From a virus (taxonomy: Duplodnaviria; Heunggongvirae; Uroviricota; Caudoviricetes), in IMG/VR virus record IMGVR_UViG_3300037587_000312, positions 1 to 32,551 of that record: a DNA stretch of 32,551 bases; one strand, given 5' to 3'. Below are positions 8,951 to 16,318 of this stretch, one piece after another (position 1 is the first letter of the stretch; every line of letters starts with the position of its first letter). The position numbers and the translations under genes are program-made. The notes below the pieces were generated by a model. That model did not search any database, had not been told where the DNA came from, and was given only the letters and a program-made list of their open reading frames with translations.

Positions 8951-9143
8951 CAGATAAACCCTCCTTATTAGTAAAGAATCTTGCTAATTCAGCAATAGTG
9001 AAATCAATAGCCATTTGGACATACTCTAGATCTATGTCTGAATTAAGTAGATCCTCCTCTGACAGGATAGTGAGAGGCGTATCATCACCCCAGACGTAGT
9101 TACTGATCTTCAATACCAATTCTTGTTCAGTAGTTTCAGACAT
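8925..9143 (-). CDS. hypothetical acidic protein
   Basis: 72 aa, GGAG SD. Confidence 0.7.
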   Translation of the reverse strand: MSETTEQELVLKISNYVWGDDTPLTILSEEDLLNSDIDLEYVQMAIDFTIAELARFFTNKEGLSDEKDSTGN

Positions 9144-9145
9144 GA

Positions 9146-9310
9146 TTACTCTCCTTTAATAAGCTTGATTAAGATTTTATCAACATGTTTTGTTATATTC
9201 TCATAGTGATCATAATAAAACTTTGCCTGTGGTGGTGACACGCTTGTGAATTCTGGCCAGAGCAAACTAATACCCTCCATCCATAAATCGTGCTGATTAG
9301 GATAACTCAT
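9146..9310 (-). CDS. small hypothetical protein, 54 aa (MSYPNQHDLWMEGISLLWPEF...)
   Basis: Translated by hand; exactly fills the gap between its neighbours. Confidence 0.6.
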   Translation of the reverse strand: MSYPNQHDLWMEGISLLWPEFTSVSPPQAKFYYDHYENITKHVDKILIKLIKGE

Positions 9311-9311
9311 A

Positions 9312-9776
9312 TTACCACCAAAGATCTTTGTAATGTTTTGCGAAAAGGTTTAATCCCCTATTGACATCATGATAGTGTGCATGAAGGTCTAAATTATGCT
9401 TAATCTTCCCTTCAGGATTATCAGGTATGAGATCCCATCTCCGGCACCCATTCTTAGTTTCCTCCATGTGCCGTGGACCCTCAACCAGTTTGTAATATTC
9501 ATGGGGATCTGGCTCATCTGCTGTGAAAGCATAGATCATTTCACCTAAGATGTCAATCCACTCTTGAAAGCGGTTGTTTTCAGTAACCTCATCACCTACG
9601 AAGTCTTGTGGTTGAATTACAGAGCTTGGATACCCCACACAGAGACCTTTTTCATCTCTTTCCAAAAGTGTATCACGGAACTTAATCACCCCTTTGGCGA
9701 TAACAGGCTTGAGGACTTCATCAAGAGACCACGTATCCTTATATCCGAATTTTATACCCTCTCGATTCATGTACAT
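9312..9776 (-). CDS. hypothetical protein
   Basis: 154 aa; KDTWSLD...GL.LFAKHY..LWW pattern seen in phage proteins; GGAGG SD. Confidence 0.8.
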   Translation of the reverse strand: MYMNREGIKFGYKDTWSLDEVLKPVIAKGVIKFRDTLLERDEKGLCVGYPSSVIQPQDFVGDEVTENNRFQEWIDILGEMIYAFTADEPDPHEYYKLVEGPRHMEETKNGCRRWDLIPDNPEGKIKHNLDLHAHYHDVNRGLNLFAKHYKDLWW

Positions 9777-9798
9777 TATTAATCCTCCAATTCAGTGT

Positions 9799-9827
9799 AT
9801 TATTACACAGGTAAACTTCAATGTCAA
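9799..9827 (-). promoter_or_regulatory. sigma70-type promoter
   Basis: TTGACA-17 nt-AATAAT upstream of the gene starting at 9776. Confidence 0.6.
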
Positions 9828-10249
9828 GCTTCATACTCAATAAACTTCATTCCATAGGAGCGGAACTCCGTTAGATGGTCTATGCTACGGTACTTTTCAC
9901 CATATACAACGGTCTTGATCCCTGCTGAGTATAACCACTTTGTACACTCGATGCAAGGGGAAAGTGTCTGATAGACAATAGCTCCATCTGGACTAACACC
10001 TTCCCGCAACATCTTCAATAGGCAGTTCTGCTCTGCATGAATCACTAATGGATCAGTTGTGGGTTCATCATCAGGCCAATCAATCTCACACACATTGGGG
10101 AACCTGCTAGGCATCCCATTGTAGCCAATGTAGATCCCATTGCGCGGTGTTACAATACATGCTCCGACCTGACCACGCCCACAGTAGCTTTCTTGCGCCA
10201 CGCGGTATGCTATGTCCATGTACAGTTTAATCTGTGCTTGCTTCTTCAT
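9824..10249 (-). CDS. dCMP deaminase
   Basis: GYNG, HAEQN and PCIEC Zn-deaminase motifs. Confidence 0.92.
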   Translation of the reverse strand: MKKQAQIKLYMDIAYRVAQESYCGRGQVGACIVTPRNGIYIGYNGMPSRFPNVCEIDWPDDEPTTDPLVIHAEQNCLLKMLREGVSPDGAIVYQTLSPCIECTKWLYSAGIKTVVYGEKYRSIDHLTEFRSYGMKFIEYEA

Positions 10250-10257
10250 CTAATCTC

Positions 10258-10413
10258 CTATGGTGTGATACAAACACAACCTTTTGTACGTGCATGCCTT
10301 CCCTCACGGACTTCACCAACAGGACCGAAGGTTCCATTACACCAACCCTTGACCTGTACTACCTTCTCAGGATCTTCTTTCTTCAATAGTTCAATCAACT
10401 CTTTAACTTTCAT
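10258..10413 (-). CDS. small hypothetical protein, 51 aa (MKVKELIELLKKEDPEKVVQV...)
   Basis: Translated by hand; overlaps the upstream gene stop; N-terminus resembles the 7210-7422 product. Confidence 0.65.
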   Translation of the reverse strand: MKVKELIELLKKEDPEKVVQVKGWCNGTFGPVGEVREGRHARTKGCVCITP

Positions 10414-10630
10414 TTTCTTTCTCCTTACGTTTCTTGATACGATCTCTTCGTTTCCTGAGCTGTTCCAGATAGGTCTCTATCTCGTCTACAGGTTCAGATG
10501 TAAATCCTTGGCTCTCTGGGTAGCAGTTCACACAAGCGTCGAATGGCATCATAGCAGCCACAGGAACATTTGGTGGGATTGTACTCCCATAGGACTCATA
10601 GTTACCACAAGTACACTGTTCTTCACTCAT
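10403..10630 (-). CDS. hypothetical protein with Cys motifs
   Basis: CTC...CVNC followed by a charged tail. Confidence 0.65.
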   Translation of the reverse strand: MSEEQCTCGNYESYGSTIPPNVPVAAMMPFDACVNCYPESQGFTSEPVDEIETYLEQLRKRRDRIKKRKEKENES

Positions 10631-10812
10631 ATAAAATTCATCCTCTCTTGAATAGATTCTAGATCTGCAATCAGATCAGCTTTTGTATAGTTCTTCCCCA
10701 CATAAGTCAACTCAGGGAATTTACCGGATTTAAGTTTCTTGAGAACATCAGCCATTACCATGCTCTTTGGTTTGAGTCTTCCTAGAAATTTAAGTTTTTC
10801 TTCAGTGTTCAT
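10627..10812 (-). CDS. hypothetical protein
   Basis: 61 aa ORF in the operon. Confidence 0.65.
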   Translation of the reverse strand: MNTEEKLKFLGRLKPKSMVMADVLKKLKSGKFPELTYVGKNYTKADLIADLESIQERMNFI

Positions 10813-10820
10813 ATTAACCC

Positions 10821-11018
10821 CTATAGTTCAGCCACCCCTTCAATCTGACTCAGGTCTATCGTACTGATGATCAACCCCCGTCTACTACGGAAGATAGATT
10901 TCCCCTGTTCAACCTTGAGGTAGATGACTTCATTACCATTGGATCTAAAACTCCAATCTTTAACATTCTTTACTCGGATCACATTCCCGCTCTTCATATA
11001 AATATCCAATGTACTCAT
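10821..11018 (-). CDS. hypothetical protein
   Basis: 65 aa, GAGG SD. Confidence 0.7.
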   Translation of the reverse strand: MSTLDIYMKSGNVIRVKNVKDWSFRSNGNEVIYLKVEQGKSIFRSRRGLIISTIDLSQIEGVAEL

Positions 11019-11107
11019 TTTAAGCCTCTCTACGTTAAGTTATTATCTTACCTATACAATCGCCCTACTTGAAGGAGAACTCTTGTCACAGAGCCTCCTA
11101 CGCAGCC

Positions 11108-11458
11108 CTAGACCAGTTCAATCCATACAACAGCGGGTTTGTGTGTCTTTGCCAATGCATGCAGTCGCGCATTACCTTTGACAATCTTATTTTTCTTCAT
11201 ATCAATCTGGATTGGTCGTTTAGGGGCATCAAAAGTCCGAGTATCACTCTTCCGTGCCATCACATCTACACTCCGGTATTTACTACTCGGTAATACTGGA
11301 TGCTCCAGCTTATCGAGAAGCATACCCGCTTTCTCAGCAGTAATCAAGTAATACTTACATCCGTGTGCATCTCGATGAAGGCTCGGAGTGAGATATTTCT
11401 CCACGTTGAACTTGAAGGTCATGCTTTTGATAACTGAATTAATAATCTTTTTCATCAT
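11108..11458 (-). CDS. possible stand-alone ParB/Srx-like domain protein
   Basis: PIQI...IVKGNARLHAL resembles the ParB-N PIxV...xxGxxRxxA motif. Confidence 0.45.
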   Translation of the reverse strand: MMKKIINSVIKSMTFKFNVEKYLTPSLHRDAHGCKYYLITAEKAGMLLDKLEHPVLPSSKYRSVDVMARKSDTRTFDAPKRPIQIDMKKNKIVKGNARLHALAKTHKPAVVWIELV

Positions 11459-11637
11459 TCATCCCCCGTAGTGAAAATATTAATAACAGTTGCAGATGTA
11501 TATCCGGCATCATCTGAATGAGATTTATAAAACTTTTCCCAGTAATCGAGGGTATTTGTATCAGGTGAGGAGTCCTCTGTCTCCCGTACTGTCCGACCAC
11601 GAGGTAATTGTATAATAAGGTGCCATGTTGTTGCCAT
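11455..11637 (-). CDS. hypothetical protein, first gene of the leftward unit
   Basis: 60 aa, AAGGAG SD, directly downstream of a promoter. Confidence 0.7.
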   Translation of the reverse strand: MATTWHLIIQLPRGRTVRETEDSSPDTNTLDYWEKFYKSHSDDAGYTSATVINIFTTGDE

Positions 11638-11668
11638 AATTCTCTCCTTTTACTACGAATTTGGATGA

Positions 11669-11697
11669 AGAATACACCAGAGGAAATCTGCTGTCAA
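11669..11697 (-). promoter_or_regulatory. sigma70-type leftward promoter
   Basis: TTGACA-17 nt-TATTCT. Confidence 0.75.
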
Positions 11698-11952
11698 CCA
11701 CACTTCATGGAAACATCAAGAATGGATTTTGATTGATCAAGATTTTATTGAATTGTCACTTGAAAACATGGTTTTTCTGAGATCAATCCTTTATAGAAGA
11801 ACAGCTTAGAAGCAAAAACAGGCCAAAAAGAGGCTCCTTATAGTCCCCTTATGCTATACCTATACATATTCACCTCTCTATTCCTCTTTCCTTTCTCTCA
11901 TTTATCTGCTATATTTCTCTACTGATTCATTATTTCGGAGACCAAATTAAGC

Positions 11953-13272
11953 ATGAATAAAGTTTATTACAATTACTACTATAGAGCACCTATATATATG
12001 AAAGATCTTAAGAAGAAAATAAAGGGTTTGTACTTGAGTAATCTTGACTATGTTCCAAGAGAAATTGAGTCTACTATCTCATGCTTCTGTTACAACCTAA
12101 TCAGGATGGTTAAGTTTGAATATGATCTTTGTCATATCATTATGAAGAGGAGTGGTAGAGTTCCTCGAGCTATTGTGAATGGAGAGGTGATTTGTAAACC
12201 ACCTAGTCAAACGAATACTGTCAATTTAGTGGCGTTGCTCGATAGGCTAGATCTCTTATACCTCTACAAAGGGTACAATGTCCACAGTGATTGTAAAGAA
12301 TTATCATATTTTTGCTTATCGGATGAACTGATTGATATGGTAAAGACAAATGTCAATCTATCACGGGTCAGGATTCAGCCCTATGAAGATGTTGTTATCC
12401 TTAAGAATGAAGATAAGAAACAGATTGAATATCTCAGAACACCGAAAACAAGAGGGATGATAAAGCAGGTAAGGGATTTCAATAAGGTTCTCTTGTCCCA
12501 TGATATACGGTGTGAGGGTGAATCTGTAACAGTCTCATTCAAGCGGGTGTTTAATAACAACAGTTTTGAATTGGGTGGTAGATTCTATACACACTCAGGA
12601 GAGATCCAGACAGTTTCATCCAACAAGCGGAAACTTATTTTGATTGATGGAGAAAAGGCAGGAGAGGCAGACTTCAAGGCATTGCATTTGAGCCTATTGT
12701 ATGAACTGTGTGGAGAACATATGCTCGAGGGATTTGATCCATATAATGCTAACCTGACACGATGTGCCAGAGTATTCCCTGATGAGATAGCCCAGTTTGT
12801 TGCTGACAATAACTTGGATACCAGCTATAATCCTATCAGAAATCTGTGTAAGATTGCTTCGTTGATCATGGTCAATTCAAAGAATGATAGAGAGACAGTA
12901 GCAGCTCTTCGTACTAAAGTGTTGAAAGATATGAGAAAGAAGGGAACATCAGATGATAGGGAAAGAGTATTTGTGGGTCTTGATTTCCAGAATGCTAAAT
13001 TAGATAAAATCATTGAGGCATTATCAGAACATAATAAAAGTATTGACCAGTACTTCAATTCAGGGTATGGTGTGAATCTTCAGTACCAAGATTCCCAGAT
13101 CATGTCGGGAGTGATACAGGATTTCATCGAAGCAGGTAAGGTCTGTATCCCAGTACATGATTCGGCTATCACTAAGAAAAGTGATATATCTTTCTTGATA
13201 GAGTCCATGCACAGCAACTATGAACGTGTCATGGGTAGTAAAAATAACTGTTTTGTGGAGGTGAAGTGGTGA
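11953..13272 (+). CDS. divergent family A DNA polymerase / T7-RNAP-like palm-domain protein
   Basis: GGRFY (cf. GRxY), EADFKALH (motif A Asp), RNLCK (motif B Rx3K), LQYQDS, VHDS (motif C). Confidence 0.65.
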   Translation: MNKVYYNYYYRAPIYMKDLKKKIKGLYLSNLDYVPREIESTISCFCYNLIRMVKFEYDLCHIIMKRSGRVPRAIVNGEVICKPPSQTNTVNLVALLDRLDLLYLYKGYNVHSDCKELSYFCLSDELIDMVKTNVNLSRVRIQPYEDVVILKNEDKKQIEYLRTPKTRGMIKQVRDFNKVLLSHDIRCEGESVTVSFKRVFNNNSFELGGRFYTHSGEIQTVSSNKRKLILIDGEKAGEADFKALHLSLLYELCGEHMLEGFDPYNANLTRCARVFPDEIAQFVADNNLDTSYNPIRNLCKIASLIMVNSKNDRETVAALRTKVLKDMRKKGTSDDRERVFVGLDFQNAKLDKIIEALSEHNKSIDQYFNSGYGVNLQYQDSQIMSGVIQDFIEAGKVCIPVHDSAITKKSDISFLIESMHSNYERVMGSKNNCFVEVKW

Positions 13273-13496
13273 GTAAAAATGATATTGATTATGAAATGCT
13301 GGAGCGTCGTATAGATCGCTTCATTGTCTTGAGTAAGAGTGATCTAAGCATGGCTATGGTGGGGAGCCTGCTTGGTTGTCTGGCCACCAGTTATAAAATT
13401 CCAGAGAAGGAGGTCTGGAGTATCTTCAACAAAAGACATAAAAAGATAGACCATGAAGCCAGTGAAGTGTACTTCGATATCGAGGAGTTGAAATGA
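13266..13496 (+). CDS. hypothetical protein
   Basis: 76 aa, GGAGG SD, coupled to the upstream gene. Confidence 0.7.
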   Translation: MVSKNDIDYEMLERRIDRFIVLSKSDLSMAMVGSLLGCLATSYKIPEKEVWSIFNKRHKKIDHEASEVYFDIEELK

Positions 13497-13756
13497 ATAA
13501 ACCAATGAGGACTGTCAATCAATGGAAATGCCCGTACTGTGACGCGGAAGGGGAGAAATCTAAATGGAATAAACCTTGTTATCGAGAGTTAGTGGAACAT
13601 GTACAAGAGAACCATTTAGAGGAAGCGTTCACTGAACTTATTGGTCGTTATACTCCTCAAGGAAAGAAACAATTGTTAGATGGTCATTGGGGGTTCTTTA
13701 CACCTCATATAACAATAACCAAGGAAGCTATTGACGAGACAGGAGAAGGACAATGA
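13493..13756 (+). CDS. C2H2-like zinc finger protein
   Basis: CPYC-x19-H-x4-H. Confidence 0.65.
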   Translation: MNKPMRTVNQWKCPYCDAEGEKSKWNKPCYRELVEHVQENHLEEAFTELIGRYTPQGKKQLLDGHWGFFTPHITITKEAIDETGEGQ

Positions 13757-14151
13757 AAAATAAAATAATGAATGGTCTTAAGCTGGTAGGGGCGATTGTA
13801 ATTGGAGTATCTCTCGGAAAGGGATGCAGTCATCTCAACGAAGATACTTTGTCTCTAGAGGTTTATGATAATATTGAGGCAGTCTATTGGCATGGGAGCG
13901 ATAATTACTCAATCGCAATAAAAAATAATAATAATATTATTACAATGAAATATTTACCGGGACAGAAAGTTATTCTTCATACGGGAAGCGATAAACCAAA
14001 AGCCCATTGTAAAGTGTATGTGGATGGGTGGGGTGATAGGAATTATAGGTCAACTTACTGCGATCTCTATATAGGCTCAGTTGATGATATCAACCCAGCT
14101 AGTTGGAACAAAGGTAAATTCGGTAGAGGCAATATTGCGAGGATTGAATAA
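13753..14151 (+). CDS. membrane-anchored hypothetical protein
   Basis: N-terminal hydrophobic segment; ATGA overlap. Confidence 0.75.
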   Translation: MKNKIMNGLKLVGAIVIGVSLGKGCSHLNEDTLSLEVYDNIEAVYWHGSDNYSIAIKNNNNIITMKYLPGQKVILHTGSDKPKAHCKVYVDGWGDRNYRSTYCDLYIGSVDDINPASWNKGKFGRGNIARIE

Positions 14152-14357
14152 TGAGCATCTGTGTTGAGGGAGAAAAAGAAGATTTCATTCACTGGTTCAG
14201 ACTCCTTGGTTGGGAGATTAAAAATGATCAGGCGAGTAAGAAAGGGACCGTCATCCACTTTACCCAGCGAGGAGATGAGGTTATTATCACGACATTGTCC
14301 ACTGGTTGGTACAGAGAAACAGATGTTAAAAATAAAATTATAATAAATTTCAATTAA
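14151..14357 (+). CDS. hypothetical protein
   Basis: 68 aa, GAGG SD, TAATG coupling. Confidence 0.7.
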   Translation: MSICVEGEKEDFIHWFRLLGWEIKNDQASKKGTVIHFTQRGDEVIITTLSTGWYRETDVKNKIIINFN

Positions 14358-14361
14358 GGGG

Positions 14362-14389
14362 TTGACAAATCATAAAAGCATGATACAAT
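14362..14389 (+). promoter_or_regulatory. sigma70-type promoter
   Basis: TTGACA-16 nt-TACAAT with TGn. Confidence 0.75.
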
Positions 14390-14412
14390 GGTTAAACATT
14401 GAGGAAATTGTT

Positions 14413-14607
14413 ATGGATTTTGTTTTATTGGTTATCTCCATCTTACTTGGAGCACTTAGTTTATATCTATTGTTTGCTGTTTGTATGGATTTTACAAACA
14501 GAATCCACTTAGTTAAGCCATACCACCAACTATTGATTGGTGTGGTAGTGATGGTTTCATCTGGATATGGTGCATACCACTCATATCTTGCATCAGGAGG
14601 GATTTAG
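14413..14607 (+). CDS. two-TM membrane protein (MDFVLLVISILLG...)
   Basis: Start at ATG 14413 with a GAGG SD; the track start at 14362 is the promoter -35 box. Confidence 0.7.
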   Translation: MDFVLLVISILLGALSLYLLFAVCMDFTNRIHLVKPYHQLLIGVVVMVSSGYGAYHSYLASGGI

Positions 14608-14717
14608 TGAATACACTAGAAGTTATTGGGTTATTAGGGACAGGTTTCGTAGCTGGTCTTTGGACCATGTGGTATGTCCTGAGACCATTTTTAAAGAAAG
14701 GTAAAGAAGAGAATTAA
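14607..14717 (+). CDS. single-TM peptide, 36 aa (MNTLEVIGLLGTGFVAGLWTMWYVLRPFLKKGKEEN)
   Basis: Translated by hand; GGAGG SD, GTG start overlapping the upstream TAG. Confidence 0.6.
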   Translation: MNTLEVIGLLGTGFVAGLWTMWYVLRPFLKKGKEEN

Positions 14718-14719
14718 TA

Positions 14720-15265
14720 ATGAAATTTAAAGACATACTCGCAGGCGCAGCTACTTTAACAAGTATTGCATTTCCTGCATTGGCACCAGTTATCGGGTTA
14801 GTAAATAAGCTTCTGCCAGATGATAAGAAACTTCCCGAGGACGCCACAGGTAATGATGTACAGGCAGTCGTAGATACTCTTCCACCAGAGCAACAAGCTT
14901 CTTTGATGGAGCGTGAGATTGATTTAAAGATCAAACAAGAGGAAGGTTGGACCGAGCGTTACAAAGCAATGTGTTCAGCTGATGGACAAGAAACTCGAGC
15001 TAAAGTTGTTATTATGTTGACAAAGGTTCTATGTTTTGAGATATTGGCTTTCACAGGCTTATTCTTCTGGCATCCAGAGATTCTAAGTAATTCCAGTGTG
15101 TGGGTAGTCTTCGGCACATTAACTGCTGTCCCAGCTGCTACTATTGGTAAGTATTTTGGTGAGCTGCGTAGAGAGCATGGTCAACGTCAGGTTTCAGCGG
15201 GTGCTGATCCGAAAGCAATGTCTGGATTAGGTGTATTAGCAAAACTAATTCCGTGGGGTAAGTAA
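14720..15265 (+). CDS. putative holin (3TM/GTA-holin-like)
   Basis: Amphipathic N-terminus (AFPALAPVIGLV), helical middle and two C-terminal TM segments, as in the GTA_holin_3TM family. Confidence 0.6.
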   Translation: MKFKDILAGAATLTSIAFPALAPVIGLVNKLLPDDKKLPEDATGNDVQAVVDTLPPEQQASLMEREIDLKIKQEEGWTERYKAMCSADGQETRAKVVIMLTKVLCFEILAFTGLFFWHPEILSNSSVWVVFGTLTAVPAATIGKYFGELRREHGQRQVSAGADPKAMSGLGVLAKLIPWGK

Positions 15266-15266
15266 A

Positions 15267-15599
15267 ATGGACTTGACTTTAAAATTTAAAGGACTTACAC
15301 TTCTCCAATTGGTCAAGCTTGTGGAAACACTAGACGGGGCAGAGTTCGAGTATGAGGAGGTTATCCCTCAGGAGCCTGTCCAGAATCCTTGGTTTAACCC
15401 TGAGAGGCATCCATGGGATAAAGACCTAATCGGAATACCTTATCATTTCCGCTTCGATAAAGATGATATAAATGGGTATCTAAATGGTGATTGGAGTATT
15501 CCTTGTTTATTTGATGGAGTAGATCCTACGTCAACGATGGGTTTAGCATGTGGTTGTCCAAAGTGTTCTCCTCAGTCTATGACAGGAGTACCTGAATGA
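15267..15599 (+). CDS. hypothetical protein with C-terminal CxCxxC
   Basis: 110 aa; LACGCPKCSP. Confidence 0.7.
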   Translation: MDLTLKFKGLTLLQLVKLVETLDGAEFEYEEVIPQEPVQNPWFNPERHPWDKDLIGIPYHFRFDKDDINGYLNGDWSIPCLFDGVDPTSTMGLACGCPKCSPQSMTGVPE

Positions 15600-15802
15600 G
15601 ATGTTCTGCTTGCAATAATCTGCTGACTGATGATATACTTCTGATGTCAAAAGAAATTGATGGTGAAATTGTCTATGAAGACCTCTGCCATAAATGCAGA
15701 TCATCTTCACATTCAAAGTATACTTATGATGTAGATCACGAGTATATGCACCAAAGTGTAGGTATATATGGTGAATTTCACAGTTTATTTGAAAAGAAGT
15801 GA
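15596..15802 (+). CDS. Zn-ribbon hypothetical protein
   Basis: MRCSACN...LCHKC. Confidence 0.7.
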   Translation: MRCSACNNLLTDDILLMSKEIDGEIVYEDLCHKCRSSSHSKYTYDVDHEYMHQSVGIYGEFHSLFEKK

Positions 15803-15810
15803 TTTAGGGG

Positions 15811-15839
15811 TTGACTTTATACTCTAGCCATGTTAATAT
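15811..15839 (+). promoter_or_regulatory. sigma70-type promoter
   Basis: TTGACT-17 nt-TAATAT with TGn. Confidence 0.7.
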
Positions 15840-15873
15840 AGCGTTATAAGGTACACAAAAGAAGGAGATGCTA

Positions 15874-15951
15874 ATGTATATCGAAGTTATCGGTTTGAAG
15901 ACCTCTGAAGAGGATTGGGGTGAGTTAGGCTCTGAGGTAGATGGACTATGA
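15874..15951 (+). CDS. acidic mini-ORF, 25 aa (MYIEVIGLKTSEEDWGELGSEVDGL)
   Basis: AGGAG SD; ATGA overlap with the next ORF. Confidence 0.55.
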   Translation: MYIEVIGLKTSEEDWGELGSEVDGL

Positions 15952-16028
15952 GTGCTCATCCTGACAAGAAAGATAAGAAGAAGCGTAAGACAACGAGAAC
16001 TACTCGAAACAGTACTGAGACAATTTAA
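15948..16028 (+). CDS. basic mini-ORF, 26 aa (MSAHPDKKDKKKRKTTRTTRNSTETI)
   Basis: ATGA coupling; GAGG upstream. Confidence 0.5.
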   Translation: MSAHPDKKDKKKRKTTRTTRNSTETI

Positions 16029-16037
16029 GAAAAGGAG

Positions 16038-16066
16038 TTGACAATGAGTCAAAAAGAGTTTAAGAT
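16038..16066 (+). promoter_or_regulatory. sigma70-type promoter of the tRNA array
   Basis: TTGACA-17 nt-TAAGAT. Confidence 0.7.
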
Positions 16067-16145
16067 TACTGATGAAAAGATCGGCTCTGGTTCAGGTGAT
16101 GCACCTATCGGTGGCGGATCAAGTAATCGATATTACGACACCTAG
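16044..16145 (+). CDS. mini-ORF, 33 aa (MSQKEFKITDEKIGSGSGDAPIGGGSSNRYYDT), candidate leader peptide of tRNA-Tyr
   Basis: AAGGAG SD 6 nt before the ATG; stop codon ends 5 nt before tRNA-Tyr. Confidence 0.55.
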   Translation: MSQKEFKITDEKIGSGSGDAPIGGGSSNRYYDT

Positions 16146-16150
16146 TTTAA

Positions 16151-16234
16151 GGTGTCGTTGGACAGGTGATGAGTCCCTCAGGTTGTAACCCTGACGCGCA
16201 AGCTGTGTAGGTTTGATTCCTACCGGCACCACCA
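16151..16234 (+). tRNA. tRNA-Tyr(GTA)
   Basis: GGTGTCG/CGGCACC acceptor, TCAGG-TT GTA AC-CCTGA, long variable arm, T-loop TTTGATT, encoded CCA. Confidence 0.9.
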
Positions 16235-16318
16235 AATTTTAAATAGTTTAAAGTCTTTACTTTACTTGAGTTCTGCATTACGGTAGTTTATGATCAGGTA
16301 AGACACAAGCACAATGAG

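Noticed and set aside
4265-10651. Plus-strand ORFs (4265, 5273, 5938, 6412, 6675, 6721, 7450, 7476, 8115, 8636, 9564, 10193)
   Set aside because: Shadow ORFs opposite well-supported genes; no SD or motifs
16068-16080. Hammerhead core CTGATGA
   Set aside because: No stem II followed by GAAA in the right geometry
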